Of a DNA stretch of 64,000 bases, positions 37,184 to 50,260 are shown piece after piece. The notes beneath the pieces were generated by a model that was not told the DNA's origin, ran no database searches, and was given only the letters and a program-made list of their open reading frames with translations. The stretch is taken from the NCBI RefSeq assembly GCF_006345805.1, contig NC_043020.1:29822001-29886000 (forward strand). The letters are read 5' to 3'. The position numbers were made by a program, and so were the translations under genes. Source of the stretch: Octopus sinensis. Its lineage: Eukaryota. Within the stretch, counting starts at the first letter, position 1, and each line of letters opens with the position of its first letter.

Positions 37184-38430
37184 AATTGAAATTTTTTCTG
37201 ATTTTTCTGATTTTTTTATATATGCTAGGCTACTGGTTTTAAATTGATATTAATTAAATTAATATTCAATTTACCTCCCTCATTATTTAAATTTTATATA
37301 TATAGATAGATATTAATAATTAATCGGCAGAAGTTACAGAGTGACTCCAGGACAGAAAGTTTCGTGCATTGGCATTTACCAAGTTTGATAAGGGACAACA
37401 GGAAATAATATTACTTATAAATAAATCTGCTTCAGTTCTTTATCAATATTCAAAACTTTTATCAACTCCCAATAATCGATTGAGAAATAAGGTAAAGATC
37501 AACTTTTATAGAGGAGAGGGGGCAGAAAATGATGATATTGCTATTTCATGGATATAATCAAATAACAAAATGTGAGTAAAGGTTAGAGGGAGGGGTTGAT
37601 ATCAAAGTAAACAAAAAATAGGGTTTTTTTTTTTTTAATGGGGCTAGAATTATCTTTAATCTTTTGTTTCAGCAATTGGACTGCTGGGGCACCACCACGA
37701 AGGGTTTTAATCGAACGAATCGACCTCGGTACTTTTACTAAATGTAGGACTTATACTATTACTATCTTTTGCCGAACCGCTATGTTACGGGTACCTAAAC
37801 AAACCAACGCCGGTTGTCAGGCGGTAGGAGGGGGAGGGGGGCAAACACAAAGACACATACATGACGAAAATGGATTTTAAGAATTGTGCATGATTAATTA
37901 ATTGCACATGCACTTCTAATTACTTTTAATCAGCACTACCATTATTTAATTAATGCTATAACTATTTTCATATGCGTGTGGTTATATTTTAATAAAATAC
38001 CAGGAAACGCATGGGGAATGAATATTAGGAAACTTTGATCGATCTAAAAATGTTTTAGAATGATTACAGTCAACGTAAATGAGGTTTTAATTTAGCAACA
38101 AAATAATTGATTAATCAGCGCAATTAAGAATCGATGCAAAACTCTAATGAATGAATGCATTATTGCAAACAAGAACCAGAAACTGAAACATGGAACCTGC
38201 AGGGATCGAACCACGGTTTGCTAGTTATGCATCATAGAATGTTCCTTTTGCTTTTAACTGAGGAGGAATTCGCGGCCAAGATCGATTGTAATAATAAACG
38301 AAACAAAATAATTGCAAACCGCTGATATCCAGACATTGGAAAAGCGAGATCCAGCGATGATGTTGAAAGGAAGTTGTGTAAAAGAATGATAATATGTTAA
38401 TTTCTACATCAGCTGTAATGCTGTTGTGGG

Positions 38431-38740
38431 CACTACTGGAGAACAGTGGTCCCGGTGCGCGCACTCGCGTAGTCGCGCATCCGCGCTAGCTAGTCCTGAC
38501 TAGTCGATCCCTACGACTGTCTAGGAAAGTAAATAAAACACAAAATAAATATTTTTACACAAAGTAAATAATTTTTGCTAAACAAAGTAAATAAAACACA
38601 AAAACTCAAAACAAATAATTTTTTCAAACAAAGTAAATAACACAGAAAAACACAAAGTAAGGATCGACTGGTCACGACTAGCTAGCGCGGATGCGCGAGC
38701 ATGCGAGTGCGCGCACCGGGAGCACTGTTCTCTAGTAGTA
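38431..38740. mobile_element. MITE with 80-bp GC-rich TIRs
   Basis: 38431-38510 vs 38661-38740, about 90% complementary; left end CACTACTGGAG; AT-rich repetitive interior; no clear TSD. Confidence 0.88.
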
Positions 38741-40510
38741 GCCTCTTGTTTTTCGTTTTAAGTCTGGAAAAAATTGCACACGTGTAGTGGTATGATCTAG
38801 AAGAGAATACATTGAGAAAATAAGTGAAACGGATTGTGTATAATATGGGAAATTAAAGAAAAAGCGAGCGAGTCTTTATTGGAGCATGTGCGTCAGGTAA
38901 AAATGAATTAGAGAGAGAAAGGAAACTGTTGGGAAGAAGGAGAGTTTGTGAGGCAAAGGATAATAAATTGTCCATGTTGGATGAATGTTGAGAGATGAGA
39001 AATTAGGAGAGAGAGAGACGGTGTGGTTCGTGGAGTCGGTTGTTGGGCGGAGACGGGAAATATTTTGTGGAGAGATTGAGAGATGTTGGTGCCAAAATGG
39101 TCAAAGGATTTCTGAGAGGATTTGGGAAGAGAGAAAGGAGTGTTGGAGGGCGAAAGAGGAGAGGATAAAAGCAAGGAAAAGTAGCAACGCCCTTGTAAGC
39201 ATGGCAAAAGCGGCGACTGGCAACAAAACAAGAGCGTCGTGAATGGAACACTGGGAAAAACTTACCCAAAGATCCTGGCACCCACCTAGACCGCCATGCA
39301 ACACTGCGACCTCCACGCCATGCGGACCCGGAACCAGCATAGACAACACATTGCCAAAGTGAACGAACCCGAAGCGATCAAACTATTTAGCTTGCCCTCC
39401 CGATTTCCATCTCATTCAACGAAACGTTCATCTAAAAGATAACAAGGGGGAAAATTCTCATAATGGAAGCTTTGCTGTTTGGTTTCATTATAGTCGATCG
39501 GTTAAGAAGCATTTATAATGCACGTTCCCGGGCCTCGTCAGCATTCGTGTTGATGGCAGTGACGGAGTAAACAAAAAAAAATCATCATACATTTTTATTA
39601 TATATAAATATTTCATTTTATGTTCCTTTCTTTATTATCCAGTTATTTTGAGAATATTTATATTACAGAGATGTTGATGGTTATATTTAAAAGTAAATTT
39701 TTATGCATGTTTCATTTCGTATTTTCTGCTTATCTCTTTGTCGTCCATTTACTGCTGCACTAAATGTTAAATCTATATTTTAATAAATGCCGTTTCCGAC
39801 AATGTCTTATTTTTTTTTCATTTAGCAATAATATTCACGTGAACGTGTTTAAACAACTTTTATTTAAAAAAGAAAACTGCTAGCAAGTTCAAATCCGATT
39901 AATGCACAAACTTATTATATGTGTATATACGTATACACACACACATATGTGCATACGTCTGTACGTATGTATGTATGTGTGTGTGTATATGTATACACAC
40001 ATATATGTGTGTACGTATCTATATGTGTGTGTGTGTGTATGTATTAAACGATGAGGTTACGGAAATCTTAATTAAAAAGGATCTATAATTTATTTGAGTT
40101 TTATTAAATTACGAGGCACCAGTTTAGACGATATCTGCCCTATGATAGCAGCTCAATTAGCGATTTCGATTTTATTTCAGTTATTTCCGACATTTAATCG
40201 AAAATTAAGGTTCCCTTTGAATTTTAGGAATTCCTTTTCGCCGACAGAAGGTCGTCATTAGTAAACTTTTTTTTTTTTTTACTAATCCCTTGGAAAATGT
40301 TCATACACAAAAATATTTGTAATTAAATTGAAACTAAAATCTAATCGCCTATATAATGAAAAGATATAAATATGCAATTGATACACACATCTCAAAAGTA
40401 AATAGACACGCCTCAAATATCTATGTATATAATATACATACATATAAGTATATGTCTGTATATATATATATATATATATACATGTGTGTGTATATATAAA
40501 TACATGTAAG

Positions 40511-40542
<32 letters not shown>

Positions 40543-41210
40543 CATGTATGTATATAATATATATACACTTATGTATATACATGTATGTATATATAATATA
40601 TATACACTTATGTATATATATATTATATTTATAATTTATGTATGTAGACATACATGAATTTATATATAAAATGAGGGGTGCCTACTTTATATATATATAT
40701 ATAATATATATATATATTTGTATTTATTAAGTTTGAAAAGGGAGAGATCCGTTGGATACAAATTAAAAATATCCCTTTAAGAGGTTTAAATATCCTCAGT
40801 AACTAATAAAAAAAAAGAAATATATTTATATATATATTATATAGACATATGTATATTGTATATATTATATATATATAAATCATATATATATTATATTATA
40901 TTATATTCGTTTAAACATTTAAAAGCGTTTGGGGTTGGAAATATTTTCATTGAATTATTGAGTTCTTTTAATTTCATTTTCCTCAACCGTTTAACAATGG
41001 GAAATAAAATGTATGAAAACTTTGCACTTTTTGTTGTTTTTTTTTTAATGTATATAATGACTAACCGAAATTAACTTAAATCCTGGTTTAGTAGTTGACG
41101 GCTTTTTACGTCAGAAAAGACCTAAGATATAAAACTTCCAAGTACTACTTCTATATAATTAAACGTCTCAACATAGCAACGTGTGTGTGTGCGTGCCTAT
41201 TGTGTATGTG

Positions 41211-41598
41211 TAGTTGTGCATGTGTGTGTATTTATGTATGTGTGTGTCTGTGCGTATTGTGTATGTAGCTGTCTGTATTTATGTATGTGTGTGTGTGTGC
41301 GTATTGTGTATGTAGCTGTGTGTATTTATGTATGTGTGTGTGTGCGTATTGTGTATGTAGCTGTGTGTATTTATGTCTGTGTGTGTGTGTGTGTGTGTGT
41401 GCGTATTGTGTATGTAGCTGTGTGTATTTATGTCTGTGTGTGTGTGTGTGTGCGTATTGTGTATGTAGCTGTGTGTATTTATGTCTGTGTGTGTGTGTGT
41501 GTGCGTATTGTGTATGTAGCTGTGTGTATTTATGTCTGTGTGTGTGTGTGTGTGCGTATTGTGTATGTAGCTGTGTGTATTTATGTCTGTGTGTGTGT
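41211..41598 (+). repeat. Compound minisatellite, ~9 units of GCGTATTGTGTATGTAGCTGTGTGTATTTATGT plus variable (GT)n
   Basis: Directly visible; gives the CV-rich ORFs. Confidence 0.9.
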
Positions 41599-42099
41599 AT
41601 CCTAGATACTTACGAAATAGGATGTTCTTTTACTAAGACAACGCTTATATTGAGATATGTAAATTACTTAATATTGCAAACAATAAAGCTATGAATGGCT
41701 GTTACATCAGAAGATGATAAAAGCTAATCTATTTTCCTTGGAATGAGGTAATACTTCCTATTTGATTAAGAAATAGTTGTAGGTGAGTGGGTGCCGTAAC
41801 CAGTGGAGTCGTTCTTTCGCCGAACCCTCAGAACGATGACAAGTTACATTGACAATGCATGTGACTTGGACACACAAAAATGTGAAGCTCGGCTCGGCTT
41901 TCTCTGTCTGCTTTCATTATCAGACTATCTTTAGAGAGTGGGAAGAAGCCAGAGCGGTGATGCGTTGGCATTAAAAATGCATATTTTAATCGCGGCATGG
42001 GGGCGATTAAAACGAGTACCTGTTATAGACTGGAGTCCACTTAATTGGTTATATCCGACGCCTACAAATATATGGATTTGTAATTTTTTTTCTTTTTTT

Positions 42100-44410
42100 T
42101 TCATTAGCACGCTGGATAAAAATGCTAAACGGCATTTGCTCCGGCTCTTTACGTCCTGAGTTCAAATTCCGCCGAGGTCGACTTTGCCTTTCATCCTTTC
42201 GGGGTCGATGAAATAAGCACCAGCAAAGTACTGGAGTCAATCTAATCAACTGGCCCCTTCACCAAAATTTCAGGCCTTATGGCCTAAAGTAGAAAGAATT
42301 AATACTGGTTTCAAATTTTGGCACAAGGCCAGCAATTTCAGGGGAGGAGTTAAGTTAATTACATCAACCTCAGTATTCAACTGGTGCTTAATTTATCAAC
42401 CCCAAAAGGGTGAAAGGCAGAGTCAACTTTAGCAGAATTTGATCTCAGAACATAAGGACGGACAAAATCCCATAATCCATTTTGCCTGGTGTGCTAACGA
42501 CTCTGCCAGCTTGTTGCCTTATAAGAAATATTTTTATTATTATTATTAAGGCATCAAATAGGTTGATTTGTTGGCACACCAGAGGAAATACATAGAAGTA
42601 TTTCTTTTGACTCTTTACATTCTGAGTTCAAATTCCACCAAGGTCGAGTGCATTTTTATCCTCTGAGGGTCGATGAAATATCTACCAGTTGAGCACTGAG
42701 GTCGATATAATCAACTTGTCCCTTTCAAAATTTAAGGCTTTGTGCCTATAGTAAAAAGGATTATTACCCCCGCCTTAGCGAAGGCGGAGGTATTGTTTTT
42801 TTTGTTCGTGGACAAGATATCTCAAGAACCACTGGATAGATTCGGATGAAACTTTCAGGGATGTTTGGCCTCGTGACTGGCATGAACTGATTAGATTTTG
42901 GGATCGATCTGATACCAGACAAGAATTCTAGATTATTTTTCCGTTTTTTTTTTTAACTTAATTTTTGAGAGCGATCGGGTTCATTTTTAGTATTGTCTTT
43001 TGTGAGAGCAATCAAGTTTATTTCAGATATTCTCATTTTAAACATCATCTCTGGCTAATCGTTGAGAGGACATTGGTGTTGCCTTGGCAGGGGTTTACGC
43101 TCTCTGAGTGCTCTTATTATTATCATTTAAGGCGACAAGCTGGCAGAATCGTTAGCATGCCAAGCAAAATGCTTAGTGGCATTTCATCCATCATGTTTTG
43201 AGTTCAAATTCTGCCGAGGTCAACTTTGCCTTTCATCCTTTTGGGGTCGATAAATTAAGTACCAGTGATACACTGAGTTGATATAATCAACTAGTCCCCT
43301 CCCCCAAAATTTCAGGCCTCGTTCCTTTAGTAGAAAGGAATGCTAATAGAATCATTACCGCACCAGACAAAATGTTTAGTGGCATTTTGTCCGCCTTTAT
43401 GTTCTGAGTTCAAATTCCGCCAGAGTGAACTTTGCCTTTTGTCGATAAAATAAGTGCCAGTTGAGAACTGGGATTGATGTAAGCAACTTATCTCTTCCCC
43501 CGAACTTGCAGGCCTTGTACCAAAATTTGAAACCAGACTTAAGCTGGTGAGCTTAGCAGAGTCATTACCATGTCAGGCAGAATGCTTAGCGGCATTCCAT
43601 CCATTTCTTTATGAACAATGGGTTTTTTTGTTTTATTTCGGGGTTACATAAGCCTTTACTACAAACAGTAAGAACGTTTGGCTCAATGAAGTTTGTGCAC
43701 AATTAATTTTGTACCATTGCATAATTTTGGTTCAGACAAAATATGTAATAGCATAATCTCTCTCTATCCGCTCAGTAGAAGTCGACTCTCGGTCACTCGT
43801 TGGATCAGTGTCCTCCAGTCAGTTCTATCCTGGGCCGCTTCTTTCAGATTGGCTATGTCCATTCCGGTATCACTCTTGATGGTGTCAAGCCAGCGGGTTC
43901 TTGGTCAGCCTCTTCCTAGCATAAAAGGAGTCCCTTTTTTCAACTAAAAACAATGAGGAGCTGTACCTGGTGGTTGTGGTGAGTTAAAGAATTCGATGGG
44001 GTAGTTGACCGATCATCAACAACATTGTCAATTGAGTTATAAGTGTAGAGAAACATTTTTTGGAGCCAGGATAGCTCTGACACTGATGTAATCTGTTTTG
44101 TGTTGAAGTGGACAACTGTTTGAGTTTACCACCCCAAAACAGGTGCAAATACCAAACTGATCAGGTATAGTACAGTCCAATAAGGTGGTGAGCTGGCAGA
44201 AACGTTAGCACGCCAGGCGAAACGCTTAGCGGTATTTCGTCTGCTGCTATGTTCTGAGTTCAAATTCAGCCAAGGTTGACTTTGCCTTTCATCCTTTCAG
44301 GGTCGATAAATTAAGTACCAGTTATGCACTGGGGTCAATATAATCGACTTAATCCGTGTGTCTGTCCTTGTTTGTCCCCTCTGTGTTTAGCCCCTTGTGG
44401 GTAATAAAGA
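42100..44410. mobile_element. Cluster of ~7 copies of tRNA-headed SINE family C in mixed orientation
   Basis: Recurrent TTCTGAGTTCAAATTC.GCCGAGGT.GACTTTGCCTTTCATCC; dispersed copies at ~13860-13990, 22700-22950, 26710-26920, 32105-32335 and 49500-49720. Confidence 0.8.
42766..43118 (+). mobile_element. Helentron-type non-autonomous element (HINE-like)
   Basis: 5' TTATTACCCCCGCCTTAGCGAAGGCGGAGG; 3' subterminal GCCTTGGCAGGGG followed by hairpin CGCTC-TCT-GAGTG. Confidence 0.6.
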
Positions 44411-44871
44411 AATACGTATGGTACAGTCCATTCAAAAATAACCAATGTACCTCCTCTAAAACAAGACACCTATTTCTGTCTCTCAGTCACACTCTAACCT
44501 TTCATTATCAGACACAAGACCCCCCTCCTCCAATGCCCTTACCCCTCTCCTAATTCCTTGTCTTGCAAGTTACTTGGTGACCCTGCCAGTGCTGGTGCCA
44601 TGCAAAATGTACCCAGTTCACACTGTGACATGGTTGGTATTTGGAAGGGTAACCAGCTGTAAAAATCCATGTCAAAACTGACCTTGCCTCTGCTGGTGTC
44701 ACATAAAAGGCACTCAGCTGATATTCTGTGGGGTGGTTGGTGTTAGGAAAGGCATCCAGCTGTAAAAAAAACCACCCTGCCAAAAGAGACACAGAAATTG
44801 GGTGAAGTCTTCTGCCTGATCAGTGCCTGTCAAACCATCCAACCCATGCCAACATGCAAGGCGGACGTTAA

Positions 44872-44903
<32 letters not shown>

Positions 44904-46849
44904 GATGATGATGATGATGGTGATGACGATGACGACGACAATGAATGGATAAGCTCTTGAGAGTTTGCTCAGGTTTATCAAAGTGAAATCATGTCAAATA
45001 CCATACAACATAAATTCCTGATTGGTTAAAATTATCTTCAGCTCCAGAGGATGTGTCTTAATTACCAAATGGTAATTAGACCAGTTCCATATAAGAAGGA
45101 GAGATAATCTCAAGAATTCTCAGGAATTCTCCAAAGTTGACATTTCTTTAAGGAAATGGTCAGGTTTATTGTTTGATGACGGCACTGAAACATGTTTTCT
45201 GTTATCATCACAACAGACTTCTTGAGTGCTTCCATCATCAATGTCTGCAATCCATCATGAATCTCAAGTGGAAGATATTCAGTTCTAACAGTGCAAGGAA
45301 GAAGTCAGTCTTGTAATTGGAACGGGAGAAGAAAGAAACAAAGCAATTCCGTTTTGGTGAATACACCATTAGGAGGACAGGTTGGAGAGACCCTCGATTG
45401 TAGCTCTTGCTTAGCAACAGAAATCAGTGGGGTTGGCAGTCATTCGCATGAGACAACCCAGCCCTGGTATTACTATGTTCTGTGGCCAACGAGAGGGCTT
45501 CTACATGATCTGTTGTCCTACTAGAAATAGCAAGCAAATTACATCTTTGACAAGTAGGAATGACACATTAATTTAGTTCTTAATTCCTTTGACTCCATGT
45601 GGAGCATACGCACCAACAAGAGACCTCCAGCTACACACACAAACACACACAGAGTGAGAGAAAAAATTATAGAAATAGAGCAGTGATTCTCAACCATTTT
45701 TATCCATGGAACCCTTTGGCTACCATTTTGTTCTGGTGGATCCCCCAAACCCATTCGATGTTCAAAAACTAATTTTATAGATACTCTTTTCAAAATCCCT
45801 ATTTTGTTCCTCACACATTAACTTGTTTAAGCTGAACTATGTAAAATGTTAGAGAAAGAAACCGAGCTGTTTCTTGCAATACATACCAATACAACATACA
45901 TCAGATATTGCTACACATCGCTAGTCACAATGCGTTTTGCATTGTTTTAGCCTTCAAATGACGCCACCTTGCTGGCTAAGCGAGCAGGCCAACAGAAGAA
46001 AGAGTGGGAGAAAGTTGTGGCGAAAGAGTACAGCACTCTCTTGGATTACAAACATATAACGCTGGAGTTCAAAACTGCTTTAGTCATTTCATGTCTCCAA
46101 AGATGGCATCAGATACTTCTGAGTCTGCCTCAGTGGAGTGAATCCTAAAGAAAGAAGATTCAAAAACATCAATCAGCTCAGAACCATTTTGCTGCTCATT
46201 GATAAAGGGAAGATATTATTTTATCTCACTGTAAGACATTGGTAAGATAGATATGAGTATAATGCAAAGCTTTGTGCTTGTAGCCTTGACAAAGCCACAA
46301 TTCTTCAACACCAGAGTTAGCAACAGCATCGGACAGAACCAGCTAACAACAGAACCTCCATACACTCACTCAACTTGCTAGAGTAACCCTACCAGCTGTT
46401 TTTTTTTTAATTAGGGAAGGCCACAATAGATAAAGTATTTCTCTATACCCTTAAAATGATTGGAGAGTTTTAACTGGAAGGCCCTTAATTATAGCCATGG
46501 GCAATCAGGATTGTTCTGGGGGGTAAAAAGCAGCCACAACACATATAACATACATTGAAGTTTTGAACACTTCCCACACCTATTCATTAGGCCATAAGCA
46601 AATAATACAAATATTCATCGATTTAAGGGATCTTTAATCTCATTTTCATTAAAAGCAACCTTATTGAGCTGTATATTCAGGCTTTTCAGGTTAGCTTTAC
46701 TGATTGAATTCTCAACTACATCTACCTCACATGAATCTACATCTTATTTCCTGTAGCTTTGTGTATACCCTCCTCCTCCTTGTCGTCATTGCCACCACCA
46801 CCACCACCACCACTACCACCAGCCACTTTTACGTCAACTTTTCCATGTT

Positions 46850-47190
46850 TGCATAGGTTGGATGGGTGTTGTTAAATACAGCATCCTGTTCCTGTTGTCA
46901 TCTGTAAACACCTCAATGAGAATTCAGCCTCTTGAGATCAACTTTTACCAATTTCCATCCATGACTTCTCCAACCTTCCTCTCCCACCGTTTCCTTCTAC
47001 TTGAACCTCCTGGAACTTCTTCCACACACATTGCACATCCATACCAGTGCCTTCATCTCTCTTGCACACCACATCTGGTTCCTCTTATGCTTAATTTTTC
47101 TCTCAGCCCATCTGTGCTTCATCCTTTGTCCAGTGAAGGATGATTCATTCATTTTCCTCTGACCTTCACTCATAATGTGCATTTAACACT
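46850..47190 (-). mobile_element. RTE-clade LINE 3' end remnant
   Basis: Translates in part to VQVEGNGGRGRLEKSWME (VEG..GRGRP.K.W motif). Confidence 0.6.
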
Positions 47191-47443
47191 TCTGTCTCAT
47201 TACCACACAATGCTGTCCTTATCTTGTTTTTTTTCTTTTCTTTTTTTTTACTCGTTTCAGTCATTTGGCTGTGGCCATGCTGGAGCACCGCCTTTACTCG
47301 AGCAAATTGACCCCAGGACTTATTCTTTGTAAGCCTAGTACTCATTCTATTGGTCTCTAATGCCGAACTGCTAAGTTACGGAGACAAAAACATACCAGCA
47401 TCGGTGGTCAAGCGATGTTGGGGGGACAAACACAGACACACAA

Positions 47444-47474
<31 letters not shown>

Positions 47475-47580
47475 AGACGGGCTTCTTTCAGTTTCCGCCT
47501 ACCAAATCCACTCACAAGGCTTTGGTCGACCCGAAGCTAAAGTAGAAGGTGCTTGCTCAAGGTGCCACACAATGAAACGG

Positions 47581-47952
47581 AACCATGTGGTTTCCCAGAA
47601 CCATGTGGTTTCCCAGAACCATGTGGTTTTCCAGAACCATGTGGTTTTCCAGAACCATGTGGTTTTCCAGAACCATGTGGTTTTCCAGAACCATGTGGTT
47701 TCCCAGAACCATGTGGTTTTCCAGAACCATGTGGTTTCCCAGAACCATGTGGTTTCCCAGAACCATGTGGTTTTCCAGAACCATGTGGTTTTCCAGAACC
47801 ATGTGGTTTCCCAGAACCATGTGGTTTCCCAGAACCATGTGGTTTCCCAGAACCATGTGGTTTCCCAGAACCATGTGGTTTTCCAGAACCATGTGGTTTT
47901 CCAGAACCATGTGGTTTCCCAGAACCATGTGGTTTCCCAGAACCATGTGGTT
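47581..47952 (+). repeat. 18-bp minisatellite AACCATGTGGTTTYCCAG x20 inside a family A SINE
   Basis: 20 full units (11 TTTCCCAG, 9 TTTTCCAG) plus a 12-bp partial unit; the unit derives from the SINE segment AACCATGTGGTT. Confidence 0.97.
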
Positions 47953-48751
47953 GGAATGCAAGCTACTTACCACATGGCCACTCCTATGCCTGTTTTGTAT
48001 GTTTTTCAAGCACTGACCTCCATTGTTGATTAGGTCACCTTGGTAGCTGAAGCTATGTTATGTACTGAGCAAAAATCCTGTTATCATCATCTCTGCCCAC
48101 AGTGTTACTTGAATTTTGGTGTACCCCAGTCAGTTATTTCAGACAGATTTACAGTTTTGCCCTATTATCATTCTCCTTACAGCTTTTTATTATTCTGATG
48201 GTGCTACCTCTTTCCATATTTTCTTGGGTCCCCTCCCTTTTGTTATCTTATTTCCATTGAAATACACTGATACTGTTTTAATAAATTTTGAAAATGAGGA
48301 ATTTAGTTAAAGAACATTTTCCCAACACATAAAAAGCACCCACTACACTCATGGAGTGGTTGGTGTTAGGAAGGGTATCCAGCTGTAGAAACCTTATGAG
48401 ATCAGATTGGAGCCTGATGTAGCCTTCTGGCTTGCCAGTCCTCAGTCAAACCATCCAACCCATACCAGCTTGGAAAGCAGATGTTAAACGATGATGATGA
48501 TGATACACAGACAGATACCTTTAATGTATCATAATGTTCATAAAACCTGGCCTAGACACTGTGGGCTTCCCATCCCAGCTCAAACCAGTGGGGTTAGACT
48601 GAGGAGACAGTAGAAGGCCGGAGATGGTATGACAATTTTCCTGTTCCATGGCTTGCAGACTGGCACCAGTCCGCAGACTACCACTTTGAGTAACATTGGC
48701 TTAGAGGACAGATTGTGTGTGTGTGTGTGTGTGTATGTTTGTGTGTGTGTA

Positions 48752-48794
<43 letters not shown>

Positions 48795-50089
48795 GAGAGG
48801 TGGGAGGCATGGCTGTAAAGGACATGACATTATGTCTGGTTATGATTTTATTGAGCTTGACATATCTTCTGAAGCACAGTAAATTACCAGAAGTTGGTTC
48901 CTTGTCATCTCCTTTGTGAGGCTCTGATTTCTGAAAACATGTCAGTGTTCAAGATTGCCATTGTTTCAAAATATATTTCTTTGTTTAGATAGTTAAATGT
49001 TATAAACACACCACACATTTATTTGTATGTCTGTATCTATGACCCTGTGTCTATCTTTTTATCTTAAGTAAAAGATAAAAGGTAGACGCAGGGCCATAGA
49101 TACAGACATAAGTGTGTGGCGTATGTCAGCCATTAGAATGCAACCATGCTGGGACACCATCTTGAAGGGTTTCATTGAATAAACTGACCCCTGTATTTAT
49201 TTTTAAGTTTGGTTCTTATTCTATCAGCTGCTTTTACCATTAAGTTACAGAGATGTAAACAAACTAACACTGGATATCAAGTGGGGATGGGAGAAGGGTT
49301 GGACAAACACAATGACACACACACATGCATTTGTATATATGATAGGCTTCCACACAGTTTCCAATCTACTATAGTCATTCACAAGGCATTGCTTGGTCCA
49401 GGGTTACAGTCGAAAACATTTGCCCTTGGTGCTACCCAGTGGGACTGAACCTGAGACCAAGTGGTTGCAAAGGAAGCTTTTTAACCACACGACCATGCCT
49501 GTGTCAAATATTTGGCAGAATCATTAGAACACTGGAGAAAAAAGAAAACTTTGCAAGTATTTGTTTGGGTTCTTTACACTGTGAGTTCAAATCTTGCCAA
49601 AGTCAACTTTGCCTTACATCCTTCTGGGTTCAACAAAACAGAGTACCAGTCAAATACTGTGATTGATATAACTGACAGACCCCCTCCCCTCAAAATTACT
49701 GGCCTTGTGCCTATATTAGTAACAATTATTTTTATCAAAGAAAAGGAATCATCATCATCATCATCACTACCACCACCACCACCACCACCACCATCTTCAT
49801 CATTATTATAATTATTTTTTTTTTTTATTTGAAATATGTATTATTTAATGTAATTAATTTTTACCCCAAATATACTCATTTAAATTTTTTTTGTCCGAAA
49901 TTACCGAACTAAAGTAAATTTTAAGATCTGTATATTTTTAAGCCGTATTAATTGTCAGGGGAAAAACAAACAAAAAAAAAAAAAAAGGAAGAAAACGTGT
50001 ATTTCATTTATGAGAGATTTATTAGCGAGTTAATTAAATTTTCAAAATGCCAAAATTCGTAGACGGTTAAAACGTGAAAGAGAGTAGGA

Positions 50090-50260
50090 GTCGCCTTGTC
50101 GTACGCCTACCGCACTCCTCCGCCGCCGCCGCCCCCTCCCGTCCGCCTCTGCCGCCTTCGCCTCCGCCTTCCCCAACTCTTTTTCCCGTGGCCGCCATCT
50201 TAAGCGAAGCAGCCCAGCCATTTTTACTGGCAAGTCGGGGGGCCTGGCTCTCCTTCCGAG
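50090..50260 (-). promoter_or_regulatory. GC/CpG-rich promoter and candidate non-coding first exon of ZNF143
   Basis: Only strongly GC-rich unique island in the window; YY1-type AAGATGGCGGC at 50191-50201 and AAAATGGC at ~50217-50224; candidate donor GCG|GTAGGC at 50110. Confidence 0.6.

Noticed and set aside
38191-38245. tRNA-like segment on the minus strand (GGAAC...GGTTCGATCCC...GTTCCA)
   Set aside because: Only 55 nt, with no A box or D arm and a poorly paired T stem; at most a tRNA-derived remnant.
39490-39530. CTGACGA...GAACGT on the minus strand with AATG/CATT flanks, a hammerhead candidate
   Set aside because: No viable stem II, one core A missing and no NUH triplet; too degenerate to call.
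41183-41694. CV/Y-rich ORFs here and at many (CA)n/(TA)n tracts
   Set aside because: Microsatellite translations with no domain or splice support.
41798-41830. TCGTT-CTGAGGG...GAAAG-AACGA on the minus strand, a hammerhead candidate
   Set aside because: A9 is absent and there is no stem III or NUH; an ordinary hairpin.
45120-46760. Three ~40-codon acidic, protein-like minus-strand open stretches (~45120-45260, 46090-46200, 46620-46745)
   Set aside because: Each ends in a stop, splice sites are weak or absent and no family was recognised; not distinguishable from chance or a decayed element.
47553-48033. Four overlapping 143-158 aa ORFs
   Set aside because: Artefact of an 18-bp stop-free repeat; the array is not CRISPR (no spacers, eukaryotic context).
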